64,000 nucleotides of DNA from a virus. The notes beneath the pieces are model-generated. The model saw nothing but the letters and a program-made list of their open reading frames with translations. It did no database searches and was not told the DNA's origin. The translations under genes and the position numbers were made by a program. The stretch lies in IMG/VR virus record IMGVR_UViG_3300050498_000110, positions 11,927 to 75,926 of that record; one strand, given 5' to 3'. Shown one piece after another: positions 37,432 through 46,344 of the stretch; position 1 is the stretch's first letter; every line of letters begins with the position of its first letter.

Positions 37432-38571
37432 CTATTCGCCTAATGATGGGGGTCGATCACCGGAGGGCGCACTGGTACTGCCGTCACTTTGGGTCAGGTC
37501 GGGCCTGCCCTCGCTATCTTTGCCGCCCTCGCCGTCTTCACCGCCGGGCCGTTTCAGCTCGAGCGTGGTGCGCGTGCCCGACTTGTTGTCTTGCGTAAAT
37601 GTCGCGCTGACCAGATCCAGCGTCTCATCGACAATCAACATCGGCGACTTGACGTGCACCTTCTCGCCGGGTTGCCACAACCCGCCGGATGATTTCAACC
37701 AGCCTTGCACCACGATGGTGACTTGCAACTGTTCCTGCCCGCGCACCTGGCTTTCGAACTTGCTGCGCGACTCGGCATCCTGCTGGTCACCAGGATGCTC
37801 GGCTAATTGTCGATTGGGCGCATGCACGCCTTTGCCGCCGGTGTTGACATTGGCTTTCGAGCTGGCGTTAGCCCCATGGGCAACCTTGGCGCCCCATCCG
37901 CGCAGATCGTGAGCGCCCTCTTGACTGATCGCGCTGTTGGGTCCGCCGCCTTGCTTGACGGTCATCACTTCGTTGCCCTCGAGGATGTTGACACCCTCGA
38001 TCAGCGACTCGCCGCCGCCAGTCCATTGTATGCGAGCCGTCAGGTTACCTTCCTTGTCAGTGCCCATGGTGATGCCGCGTTGACGCGCCAGCATCTCGAG
38101 GAAGTCATATTTGCTCATGCCCGGCGGGATCGACGCGCGCGGGAATGGCTTGCCTGGCAGTCCAGTCTTCGGCACCACGTTGATGCCGGTTGGCTTGACC
38201 ACTTCGTCGGCAATTTGCTTCCACGACTTATTCTTGAACTCGCCGGTCTTAGTCATGGCCGCGCCATCGGCCAGCGCCTTGGTATAGCTGACGCCGATGA
38301 TCTCGATGCCGTGTTGCTCGCCGGTATAGGCCACCTGGCGCGTCTCGACGTAGCCGGTGATGGCCAACACCCCGCCGAGCGTGATGCTGCAATGATCGCC
38401 CGGCCGAATGCGCAGCGCCGCGAAATCCTTGGCCAGCGGCATGCCTTCTGTCACCGTCAACTTAAATGAATTGTTGGATTCGCCCTCGACCAGCTTGACC
38501 AGCACAGACTCCCAATCCCGGTAATTCATACCGTTGACCGTGATCTGTGCGACCTCTTGCGGCTTCGGCAC
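37432..38571 (-). CDS. Baseplate hub protein, Mu gp44-like
   Basis: ITVNGMNYRDWESV, WQPGEKVHVKSP, GTRTTLELK. Confidence 0.88.
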   Translation of the reverse strand: MPKPQEVAQITVNGMNYRDWESVLVKLVEGESNNSFKLTVTEGMPLAKDFAALRIRPGDHCSITLGGVLAITGYVETRQVAYTGEQHGIEIIGVSYTKALADGAAMTKTGEFKNKSWKQIADEVVKPTGINVVPKTGLPGKPFPRASIPPGMSKYDFLEMLARQRGITMGTDKEGNLTARIQWTGGGESLIEGVNILEGNEVMTVKQGGGPNSAISQEGAHDLRGWGAKVAHGANASSKANVNTGGKGVHAPNRQLAEHPGDQQDAESRSKFESQVRGQEQLQVTIVVQGWLKSSGGLWQPGEKVHVKSPMLIVDETLDLVSATFTQDNKSGTRTTLELKRPGGEDGEGGKDSEGRPDLTQSDGSTSAPSGDRPPSLGE

Positions 38572-38582
38572 CGGCGCAACTC

Positions 38583-39254
38583 CTACGCGCTCAATGCCCT
38601 GACTCGGTTTTGAAAGAACGCGGGATGCACGATTTTATTTTCAGCGGCTAGTTCTTCCGCGCGCGAGCCCTCGCTATAGATGAATTGGCTCAACGCCAGG
38701 CCGGGCATCGGAATGAGCTGATATTCAAGCATGCGCGGCAGCGGCCGCGCGGTGTCGGCCAGGTAGCGGGTGATTGACCCAGCCAGCCCGATCAGCGCAG
38801 CGTAGCTTGGATTGTCTTGCTGACCGGCCGCCAGCTCGATCGCGATATCGAACCAATTCTTCATCCGCCTAAGCATGGACTCGACATCTTCGCGGCTATC
38901 AAATTCGGTCTTCGCCAGAATGCGCGCGTCCTGCGCCAGCGCAAACAAGATGCTGTTCTGCACCACCGCCACCGCTGCCAGGTAGCTCGGTTGCTCGCTG
39001 GTCAATTGCTTGAGTACGTTGTCCATCCACTTGACCGAAATGCCGGCATCGGTGGCCAGGCGATAGCAGACCAGCAATCGGCGCCCGAACGTGCCATCGC
39101 GCACGTATCTATTGATATGCGCGCGCAAGTCACCGACGGCATAGCGCAGTTGCGATGCCGCGCGGCCCTTGGCTTCGGTGAAGGCCAAGAGCTGGTCGGT
39201 CGAGCGCACAATGATGCCCTCGATTTCGCTGAAAACTTTCTTGTTGAACTTCAT
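38583..39254 (-). CDS. Tail protein resembling the C-terminal part of Mu gp43
   Basis: LALSQFIYSEGSRAEELAAENKIVHPAF. Confidence 0.75.
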   Translation of the reverse strand: MKFNKKVFSEIEGIIVRSTDQLLAFTEAKGRAASQLRYAVGDLRAHINRYVRDGTFGRRLLVCYRLATDAGISVKWMDNVLKQLTSEQPSYLAAVAVVQNSILFALAQDARILAKTEFDSREDVESMLRRMKNWFDIAIELAAGQQDNPSYAALIGLAGSITRYLADTARPLPRMLEYQLIPMPGLALSQFIYSEGSRAEELAAENKIVHPAFFQNRVRALSA

Positions 39255-39799
39255 GCGCTACCTATGCCGCCCTGACCGATGGGCTTGCCGCCGGCAAGAA
39301 CGCCGCTGTTGATGGAGCTGACGCCAGTGCTTTCGGCGGTGCTGGCCGAATTGAGCATCTGACTGCTGGCGTCGGCGAAGCCGGTCATTGCCGGCCGACC
39401 AGCTTCGACAAACTGCATGTCGAATTCGACGTAGCCGCCTTGCTGGCGCTTGTCGCCATAGGAGTAGCGCTCGCACATCACCAGCATGGTGCCGAGCGTC
39501 GGATGCACCAGGATGCCGGCGTCGTCGGCCTCGAGCGCACCAATCAGCGCAGCGATTTGCGTGAGCAGATTGCCGCCGATACCCTTGTCGCGCAGGATCA
39601 AGTAACCGGTAAATTGCCAGCGCACCGCTTCGCGGCCCATGTCCTCCGAGTAGGGATCATTACGTTTGGGATACTGATGCACGACGGTACGGCGGCCGCT
39701 CGCGCGACTGCTAACCTCGACGTGAAAGATGGCGCCGCGAAACGAAGCCGGGATAAGATTGTCCCGCCAGACATTCCTAATATCGCGGATAGAAGCCAT
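39251..39799 (-). CDS. DNA circularization N-terminal domain protein (Mu gp43 N)
   Basis: WRDNLIPASFRG..FHV...GRRTVVHQYPKR..PYSEDMGR, LVHPTLG. Confidence 0.9.
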   Translation of the reverse strand: MASIRDIRNVWRDNLIPASFRGAIFHVEVSSRASGRRTVVHQYPKRNDPYSEDMGREAVRWQFTGYLILRDKGIGGNLLTQIAALIGALEADDAGILVHPTLGTMLVMCERYSYGDKRQQGGYVEFDMQFVEAGRPAMTGFADASSQMLNSASTAESTGVSSINSGVLAGGKPIGQGGIGSA

Positions 39800-39802
39800 G
39801 GT

Positions 39803-42800
39803 TTATGCCGGTGATTGAATTTTCCCACCGCCGGTGGCGTCGGATTCTAGATCGCGATTGATGGTCGTATTGACCCCATCGCTCGGCCCCATTTTTGCGC
39901 GCACACCGCGCGGGCCTCGCAGATTGAGCGTGAGCGAAAGCGACATACGGTCCCGGCGCCGCCTCGGCAGCATGAAGCCAGGCCCGCCCGTCTCCGTCTC
40001 CACCTCTGGCTGACTTGGTTTCTGCTTTTTCAAGTATTCGTCGAAATCTTGTTGTGCTTGGATCTGCGCTTTTTTCTCGGCGCTGCCACCGGCGCGCCGT
40101 TCTAATGTCCGTTGCAGGATTGCGGCCAGCTCCGGTTTGTCTCTGTAATAGCGCGCCAGACCGCGTTGATAGGCTGCAATTTCGTCGCGTGTCCCGCCGC
40201 TGTATAGACTCAAGCCTTGGCCGATAATTCCCGCCGCACCAGTCAGGCCGCCATGAATTCGTGCGCCGCCCATATATCCGACGCCGGTGCCACCACCACC
40301 ACGCGCCACCATTTCCTCGAGGAAACGCAAGTAGCGCGGATCCCGGCGCCCAATTAATTTTCCCCGCTCATCCAACAAATCGAAATCAGCGGCCAGACCA
40401 CCGCCTGTTACCGGGTCAAGATTGTGTCGGCGCGATCCTTTATGCCGATGACCTTGCCCGCCAGATTCGATGTTGACCGTTGTAACGCCAGCCGCAATAG
40501 CCGCCTCATCTAAGACAGCCTCGAGACGGGGATCAATTTTGTTGTAGCGATACTTGCTATAATCGCCGAGCTGACTCTGCTTAACGCGAGTCACCTCATC
40601 GGCACCAGCCTTGTTGGGCTGCGATACCGCTGGCTGATTTTGCGAATCCGCCGGAGGGTTTTGCGATTGCGGGGGAGGCGCCTGGCTTCCATCACTCCTG
40701 ATTCGTAGCGCCGCGTTGCGCGCTTCCTTCATGTCGTCATCGGACAGCGGGTTACCATATTGATAGCCCGTCTCGAGCCGCGACATATAATGCAAAAACC
40801 GCAACCCGGCGGGTGACAACAGAAATTCGCGCGTCATCATGGTGTTTGGGGGGACGCCAGCCGCTCTTGCAGCTTCGATACCGTATCCCCGTCGTTTGCC
40901 CGATGGGTCAACCCACGTTTGAATAACCTGCTCGATGGTGGCGCCGCCCCTCCTGCCGCCATAGAGTTCGCTTTCGAGCATCTTGCGGATCGCCGCAGCC
41001 GCGCCCGCCTTCATGTTCGGGAATAATGCACCAACATCGTATTGCGATGTCCGCTCACCCGGAATGCCGCCTTGCTGTGTGGCCCATTTATCGTGCCACA
41101 TATTGAACGGATTATTTTTGCGCTGGCCGACCGTGCGCGACGTATCGGCACGTTCTGCTGGGGTAGGAATGCGTCCGCCCTTGATGCGGAATTCCTCATC
41201 CGTCGTTGTCGGTGTGCTCGGTGAGCGCGGCGCGTTCGTCGTGGTGCTGGTGCTGGTAGAACGCTGACGCGCCCCACCGCCACCGCCTCGAGGCGCCCGA
41301 CCGCCGCCACCGCCGCCACCGCCGCCACCTCGAGGGGCACGGCCGCCGCCGCCACCGCCGCCGCCACCGCGGAAGCTCGAGATCCGCCCCGCCAGGCCCG
41401 CCATCGGTCCCGCGCCCGATGCGTCGGTGTTCAACGCCAGCGAATTGACCACGTCAGCCAGCCGCGTGACGTTGGCCGTGACTTCCTTCACGGTCTGCCG
41501 CAGCTCGGCGGTGTCGCCGGGTTTCAGATAGCCATAGTTGGATTGCGGCGGCGGTTGCCATCCGCCAGCAACCCGGTAGGGCGCGGCGGTTTCAGGATCG
41601 AATAACTCGCTGCGCTTGCCGGGAACAACGACTTCCGGCAGTTGGATGATGCCGCCCGGCCCGGTCCCGCGCGGCACCGGCGACGTGAGTGGCCCCATGG
41701 GCGGCAACCCGCCACCGCCTGCACCTGGCGGCCGTGGCGTCGGCGCTGGCACCGATGGCACTGACGTCGTCGGCCCTGTCGGCGCTGTCGTCGGCGCTGC
41801 CGTCGGCGCACCTGGTGGCCGTGGCGCCGGTGTCGGCACGGTGCCGCCTGCGCCTGCGCCTGCGCCCTCACCCTTGCCCATGGCGTTGGCAAGCCCTGCC
41901 AGCCCGCCCGCGGCAGCAACCGCGGTCAAGCCAGCCGCGACCGCGGCCAGTCCGCCCCCGAGCCCGCCAACCCCCAGCGCAACACCAAGCCCGATGAAGA
42001 TCGTTGGCCAGCCGCCCATCTTGTTGACAATGGGATCCAGCGTTTCAATGAACTTGGTCGCCGCATTGATGATGGCAATGATTTTGTCGCCGACCGCATT
42101 CCAGTTGATATTGATTGAGCCCAACCAGGCGCCGAAGTCTTTGGCAATTTTCCCGCCCGGCCCCTGCAAGAATTGGTCAAACGCTTTGATCATGGCAGTT
42201 GCCGCCGGCATCAGCGCAACCGCGAGTTCCTTTTTGACGTTGTCGTAGCTGATATTGAGCTTGAGCAATTCCAGGTTATAGCGCCGCATCTCGGCGGCTG
42301 ACATTTGATAGATTTCGCCGAGATCGCTTTCCTTGATTTTCAGCGCATCTTTCCAGGCCGTCGATAAGCCGACGAAGTTCGCCAGGAACGATTGCCCGCG
42401 GCGATTCTGGACGTTGCTCATGCCGCCAAGGAAGGCTTCGATGCCAGCTTGTGTGCTGACTTGCGCCGCCTGCCTGACATGCGCGAGAAATTCGGGACCT
42501 TGTCTGCTCTTATAAATCTCGGCGAATTGCGCGGCCTTCGGCCCCTTCACCACCAGGTCGTCGATGACGCGCGCCAGGTTGGCAATCTGCCCCTGCGACT
42601 CTTGGGCGGTGAGGCCCAACGCCTGGCCACGCGCCGCCAGCGTTTCGAATTGCTTGGCGGTGAGCCCGACAGCGGCCGCCGTGTAATGCACCTGTTGCGT
42701 GTTGCGCGCGAGATCGCCGAACGATTGCGTCAGCTTGGCAACACCAGCAACCAGACCGCCGCCGAGAAACGCGCCGAGCCCGGTCAAGCCCAGCAGCGAA

Positions 42801-42982
42801 CTAAACTCGCGCCGCAGCGCGCCGACGGCCCGGCCAAGGCTCGCAAAACTTTGCTCGAGCGGCCGGAACGTGTTGCGCCCAAGCTCCTGGCGCAAGCGTC
42901 GTTGGGTCTGTTGCAGCGAACGCGACAGCTCATCGCGAATGATGACTTCAACGACCGGGATGCGGCGCGAGCTGATGGCCAT
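39803..42982 (-). CDS. Tape-measure-like protein 2 with lysozyme-like and M15-peptidase-like domains
   Basis: Helical N-half; KNNPFN module; SGGQG...GSRRH...GLAADF...RIHG. Confidence 0.75.
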   Translation of the reverse strand: MAISSRRIPVVEVIIRDELSRSLQQTQRRLRQELGRNTFRPLEQSFASLGRAVGALRREFSSLLGLTGLGAFLGGGLVAGVAKLTQSFGDLARNTQQVHYTAAAVGLTAKQFETLAARGQALGLTAQESQGQIANLARVIDDLVVKGPKAAQFAEIYKSRQGPEFLAHVRQAAQVSTQAGIEAFLGGMSNVQNRRGQSFLANFVGLSTAWKDALKIKESDLGEIYQMSAAEMRRYNLELLKLNISYDNVKKELAVALMPAATAMIKAFDQFLQGPGGKIAKDFGAWLGSININWNAVGDKIIAIINAATKFIETLDPIVNKMGGWPTIFIGLGVALGVGGLGGGLAAVAAGLTAVAAAGGLAGLANAMGKGEGAGAGAGGTVPTPAPRPPGAPTAAPTTAPTGPTTSVPSVPAPTPRPPGAGGGGLPPMGPLTSPVPRGTGPGGIIQLPEVVVPGKRSELFDPETAAPYRVAGGWQPPPQSNYGYLKPGDTAELRQTVKEVTANVTRLADVVNSLALNTDASGAGPMAGLAGRISSFRGGGGGGGGGRAPRGGGGGGGGGGRAPRGGGGGARQRSTSTSTTTNAPRSPSTPTTTDEEFRIKGGRIPTPAERADTSRTVGQRKNNPFNMWHDKWATQQGGIPGERTSQYDVGALFPNMKAGAAAAIRKMLESELYGGRRGGATIEQVIQTWVDPSGKRRGYGIEAARAAGVPPNTMMTREFLLSPAGLRFLHYMSRLETGYQYGNPLSDDDMKEARNAALRIRSDGSQAPPPQSQNPPADSQNQPAVSQPNKAGADEVTRVKQSQLGDYSKYRYNKIDPRLEAVLDEAAIAAGVTTVNIESGGQGHRHKGSRRHNLDPVTGGGLAADFDLLDERGKLIGRRDPRYLRFLEEMVARGGGGTGVGYMGGARIHGGLTGAAGIIGQGLSLYSGGTRDEIAAYQRGLARYYRDKPELAAILQRTLERRAGGSAEKKAQIQAQQDFDEYLKKQKPSQPEVETETGGPGFMLPRRRRDRMSLSLTLNLRGPRGVRAKMGPSDGVNTTINRDLESDATGGGKIQSPA

Positions 42983-45177
42983 TATTGAAAGCTCAAGCGA
43001 TTATCGGGAACGTGGTGAGCATTCTGCATCTGCACCGCGCCGTCCATTGGCTGCGGCTTGAACAGGGCGCTGGGATTGCGGGCACCGCTAGCGAGGCCAC
43101 CGACGTCGATGTCCACCGTGGCACTGCCGCTTAGGGCGCCGCTCTCTTGAGCGAGTAGTCGTGTGATCGAGCTGACGCCGCCGCCGCCAGGCTCGGCGCC
43201 CTGTAATCCACCAGGATCAAATCCGCGTTCGGTGAGTTGCGAGGTGAATTTAGAAACCAGGCTAGGCCAGAGTCTATTCGTTCCGCCCGGATCATTCGGA
43301 TATGGCCTGCCGGTTCTCGGATCCGTTGATGGCGAATATTGTTCCGCCAAGCCTTCAAATGTGCCGCCGCCTCTGGTTATATTTTTTGCAACGACCGCCG
43401 CGGTTTTCTCGATCCCTGCCCCGATGGTTGGGAAGTTCATGAATTTGGTATTGCCGCGCCCCCCTCCCATCAGCCCGCCCGGATTGAGATAGGCCATGGT
43501 CGCGCGGCTCATTCCAAAAGGACCGCCCTGCGGCGCTTTCGATTCCAACGCCATGATGCCTGCAAGCAACGATGGCGAAACATCTTGTTGAGCTGCGGCA
43601 GCAACGACGGCATCATACTGACCCGCCATTGGCCCCTGCCTAAACATTGTGTCGTAAGCCGCTCGGCTAAGATCGCCGCCGAGCTTGTCACCGCCATCGA
43701 GCTGGTATCCGCTCGCGCCGAAGCCGCCTTCCGGGCCGCCGATAGCTGTTTGCCCAAGATAATCGGCCAGATGGCCGGTCCCTATCGCCAACTGCTCAAG
43801 CTCGCGATTGAGCGCATCGCGCTCGCGTTCGTCTGCTGCCTGCGCCGCCCGCCGCTCTTGCTCATTCTGCGGCTTGCCCTCACCGCTCTGTGGTTTCGGC
43901 TGCGGCAGCGGCACTTCCTCTTTCTTCGGCCACAACTGCTTATAGATCCAATCCCAAACCCCCTGCTGTTTGAGATATTCTGGGATCGTGGTCGGCTTGC
44001 CTTCCTCGACATGTTTTTTGGTAGCTTCATCAATTTCTTTTTTGAGATCTTCCGGCGTCTTGCCAAGATGCTTTTTTATGTCCTCCCATGCCAGAATGAA
44101 CGGCGTCAACGGCAACAACAATTTCATGGCCGTCTTAATGCCGTTGGCAACACCTAACAGTGACAGCGCAAACTTGCCTAGCGCCAGCCCCGCGATGACC
44201 TTTGGCCAGCTCAAGTTCATCGCCTGAATAACAGCGTCGGCTTGTTGGAATGCCCCCGTCAGCGTGTCGAGCGTCTTCTCGAGTCCGCCTTTGGTGATCC
44301 AGTCTGAGATGGCGTCGGATACTTGCTTCGCGATGTCGCCGATCTGCTTGGCGAATTTCTTGCCGCTTTCGGTGCGCAGATAATCATCGAGCGCCTTCAT
44401 GACTTTCGTCACGGCAGGCGTCAGCTCGGAACCAAGTATCAGGCCGATGTTGCGCGATGAGCGCTCATATTGCATGTTGGCAATTGCCAACGCCTTCATT
44501 TGCTCGGTGCTCAATTGCACGCGCTTGCCGAGCAACGGCAAGATCTCGGCGACATCCTTGGCCGAGAACGGCAACCCCGCCTGCTTGAAGAATTCCGCCT
44601 GGCCGCGGCGGTCCTTGATCTTGTTCCCGACGCTGATCAGAAACTCGAGTCCGGCTTCCTCGCCTTGATTTTTGATGACGGCGCGCAAGCGGCGGGCGAT
44701 GTCCGGCCCGGCAATGCTTTTCTCGAGGAAGGCGCCGAACGAAGATTTTTCGCCCTTGACGTAAAAGTCATCGAGCGTCGACAGCGCTTGCTTGATGGCG
44801 GACGTGGCCGCTTCCGGCGCCTCACCGAGCCCGGTCAGGGCATCGCGATAGTTCTCAATGAACTTGGTCGAAACGCCGAGCTGTTGCGCGGTGTAGTGCA
44901 GTTGGATCTGCTGCCGCGCCATGTCCTGCATGGCACGGACAGCGGTGGCAATGCCTGCCACCACACCGCCGCCGACCAGGCCGCCGAGCGTGAGCCGCGA
45001 CAGCGTCGACAGCTCGCGATGCACCACGCGCACCGCGGGCGCGAGCCGTTGAAAGCCCGCATGCGCGGCATCAACTCGCGTGTTAGCGAGCTGGCGAAGC
45101 TGCGCGTTGATGGGGGCGAGCTGCCGCGACAGCTCATCCCGCAACACCAGTCTTATTTCAATGGTCTGGTCAGCCAC
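42982..45177 (-). CDS. Tape-measure-like protein 1 with a lysozyme-fold (SLT/glucosaminidase-like) domain
   Basis: Follows the tail chaperones; DVSPSLLAGIMALES...NPGG...FPTIGAGI...QYSP. Confidence 0.8.
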   Translation of the reverse strand: MADQTIEIRLVLRDELSRQLAPINAQLRQLANTRVDAAHAGFQRLAPAVRVVHRELSTLSRLTLGGLVGGGVVAGIATAVRAMQDMARQQIQLHYTAQQLGVSTKFIENYRDALTGLGEAPEAATSAIKQALSTLDDFYVKGEKSSFGAFLEKSIAGPDIARRLRAVIKNQGEEAGLEFLISVGNKIKDRRGQAEFFKQAGLPFSAKDVAEILPLLGKRVQLSTEQMKALAIANMQYERSSRNIGLILGSELTPAVTKVMKALDDYLRTESGKKFAKQIGDIAKQVSDAISDWITKGGLEKTLDTLTGAFQQADAVIQAMNLSWPKVIAGLALGKFALSLLGVANGIKTAMKLLLPLTPFILAWEDIKKHLGKTPEDLKKEIDEATKKHVEEGKPTTIPEYLKQQGVWDWIYKQLWPKKEEVPLPQPKPQSGEGKPQNEQERRAAQAADERERDALNRELEQLAIGTGHLADYLGQTAIGGPEGGFGASGYQLDGGDKLGGDLSRAAYDTMFRQGPMAGQYDAVVAAAAQQDVSPSLLAGIMALESKAPQGGPFGMSRATMAYLNPGGLMGGGRGNTKFMNFPTIGAGIEKTAAVVAKNITRGGGTFEGLAEQYSPSTDPRTGRPYPNDPGGTNRLWPSLVSKFTSQLTERGFDPGGLQGAEPGGGGVSSITRLLAQESGALSGSATVDIDVGGLASGARNPSALFKPQPMDGAVQMQNAHHVPDNRLSFQ

Positions 45178-45180
45178 GGC

Positions 45181-45362
45181 TCAACGCTCGCTTGGACTCT
45201 CAGCCTCTTGCGCCGCGCGGATGCGCTCGGTCAGCTTCAACGTCCACATCTTGTGACGAGTGATCTCGCCAATCGTCTGTTCAAGGAAGACGCGCGGATC
45301 GACGTGGTAGAAGTGCGCCAACTCGTAACAACCGATGATGATTTCATCGGGTGAAATCATGC
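45181..45362 (-). CDS. Tail assembly chaperone downstream ORF (possible -1 frameshift extension)
   Basis: In the -1 frame after the T7 run at 45375-45381; also has its own ATGA-coupled start. Confidence 0.7.
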
Positions 45363-45782
45363 GCCCGGCGGCGTAAAAAAACGGAACAGCTTCCAAGCCA
45401 CCGCGTTCCAATCTTTCGCCGACAGCATGCGCACGCTCGACGGCGGGACATTCGCCAGTAGCGACATCATCGCCGCCATCTTTTTCTCATTGAATGAAAT
45501 CGTCGGCTGCGCCCCCGAGAAATCCAGATACACCGGATTGCCCGCGCGCTCGATGTCGCCGCCGGTCGGCTCGCGCCAGCGCAGTGTAGTGATTTCCTCG
45601 CCGTGTGCCTGGATCGGCTTGATGAGCACATGGAACAGCTCGATCTCGGGCTCATCCGACGGTGGCGGCGCCTGGTCCGCATTCGGGTCGTAAGACAAAT
45701 CCGGCTGGTCGTCGGGCGCCGCCTGCGGCTGCGGCGGCACGTCGGGCTTGAGTGCATCGTGACGCTTGGTGATGTCGTCCAT
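45357..45782 (-). CDS. Tail assembly chaperone (Mu gp41-like)
   Basis: LIKPIQAHGEEITTLRWREPTGGD, LSAKDW; between tube and tape measure. Confidence 0.88.
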   Translation of the reverse strand: MDDITKRHDALKPDVPPQPQAAPDDQPDLSYDPNADQAPPPSDEPEIELFHVLIKPIQAHGEEITTLRWREPTGGDIERAGNPVYLDFSGAQPTISFNEKKMAAMMSLLANVPPSSVRMLSAKDWNAVAWKLFRFFTPPGA

Positions 45783-45865
45783 GGATCCTCCATTTCGTTT
45801 GTTCTAGACAACGCAATGCACGCCGCGCGCCAGTCAAGACGCGCGCCGCTTCCCCAGCGGCAGCA

Positions 45866-46231
45866 TCAGCCGCCGATTTCCTCGCAGGTCGTGCCCTCGA
45901 AGCGAACGCGGATCTGGCCTTCTCGGGTGTTGTTCTCGAAGGCCGATTTGCAAGCGGCTTCCTTGAGCACGTAGGTCTTGCCGTTCATCAGCTCGGCAGT
46001 CACCGTGACGTCAACCATGGCGTCGAGTACTTCCAAACTGACCTCTTGCGTGGTCGAAACGTCGCCCTCGATCCAGGGTACGCGCGGCAGCTCTTGATAG
46101 CCGTGCACGTAGTCCTGGCCCGCGAGCATGGTGCGTTCGACCGGCGACGATGAGACGGTGAAGTTGCCACGCAACGGCAGTTGGTTGCCGTCGACCTTGA
46201 AATACGCCGTTCCGGCGATGGCTTGCGCCAT
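45866..46231 (-). CDS. Tail tube protein (Mu-like)
   Basis: IAGTAYFKVDG, VTVTAELMNGKTYVL; follows the sheath. Confidence 0.93.
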   Translation of the reverse strand: MAQAIAGTAYFKVDGNQLPLRGNFTVSSSPVERTMLAGQDYVHGYQELPRVPWIEGDVSTTQEVSLEVLDAMVDVTVTAELMNGKTYVLKEAACKSAFENNTREGQIRVRFEGTTCEEIGG

Positions 46232-46344
46232 AGCGAGACTCCATCTGTTGGGGAATGGCGCGCATCACTGCGGGCCGAGCGGCCGCGTCCCGCGTCGCGG
46301 CCGTTTGGATTGAGCGCGCGGGCGCTGACTCAAGTCGAGTCGTT

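Noticed and set aside
41272-41372. GC-rich tandem repeat (GGGGGGGRAPRG x2) as a separate element
   Set aside because: An in-frame low-complexity linker inside tape-measure-like protein 2
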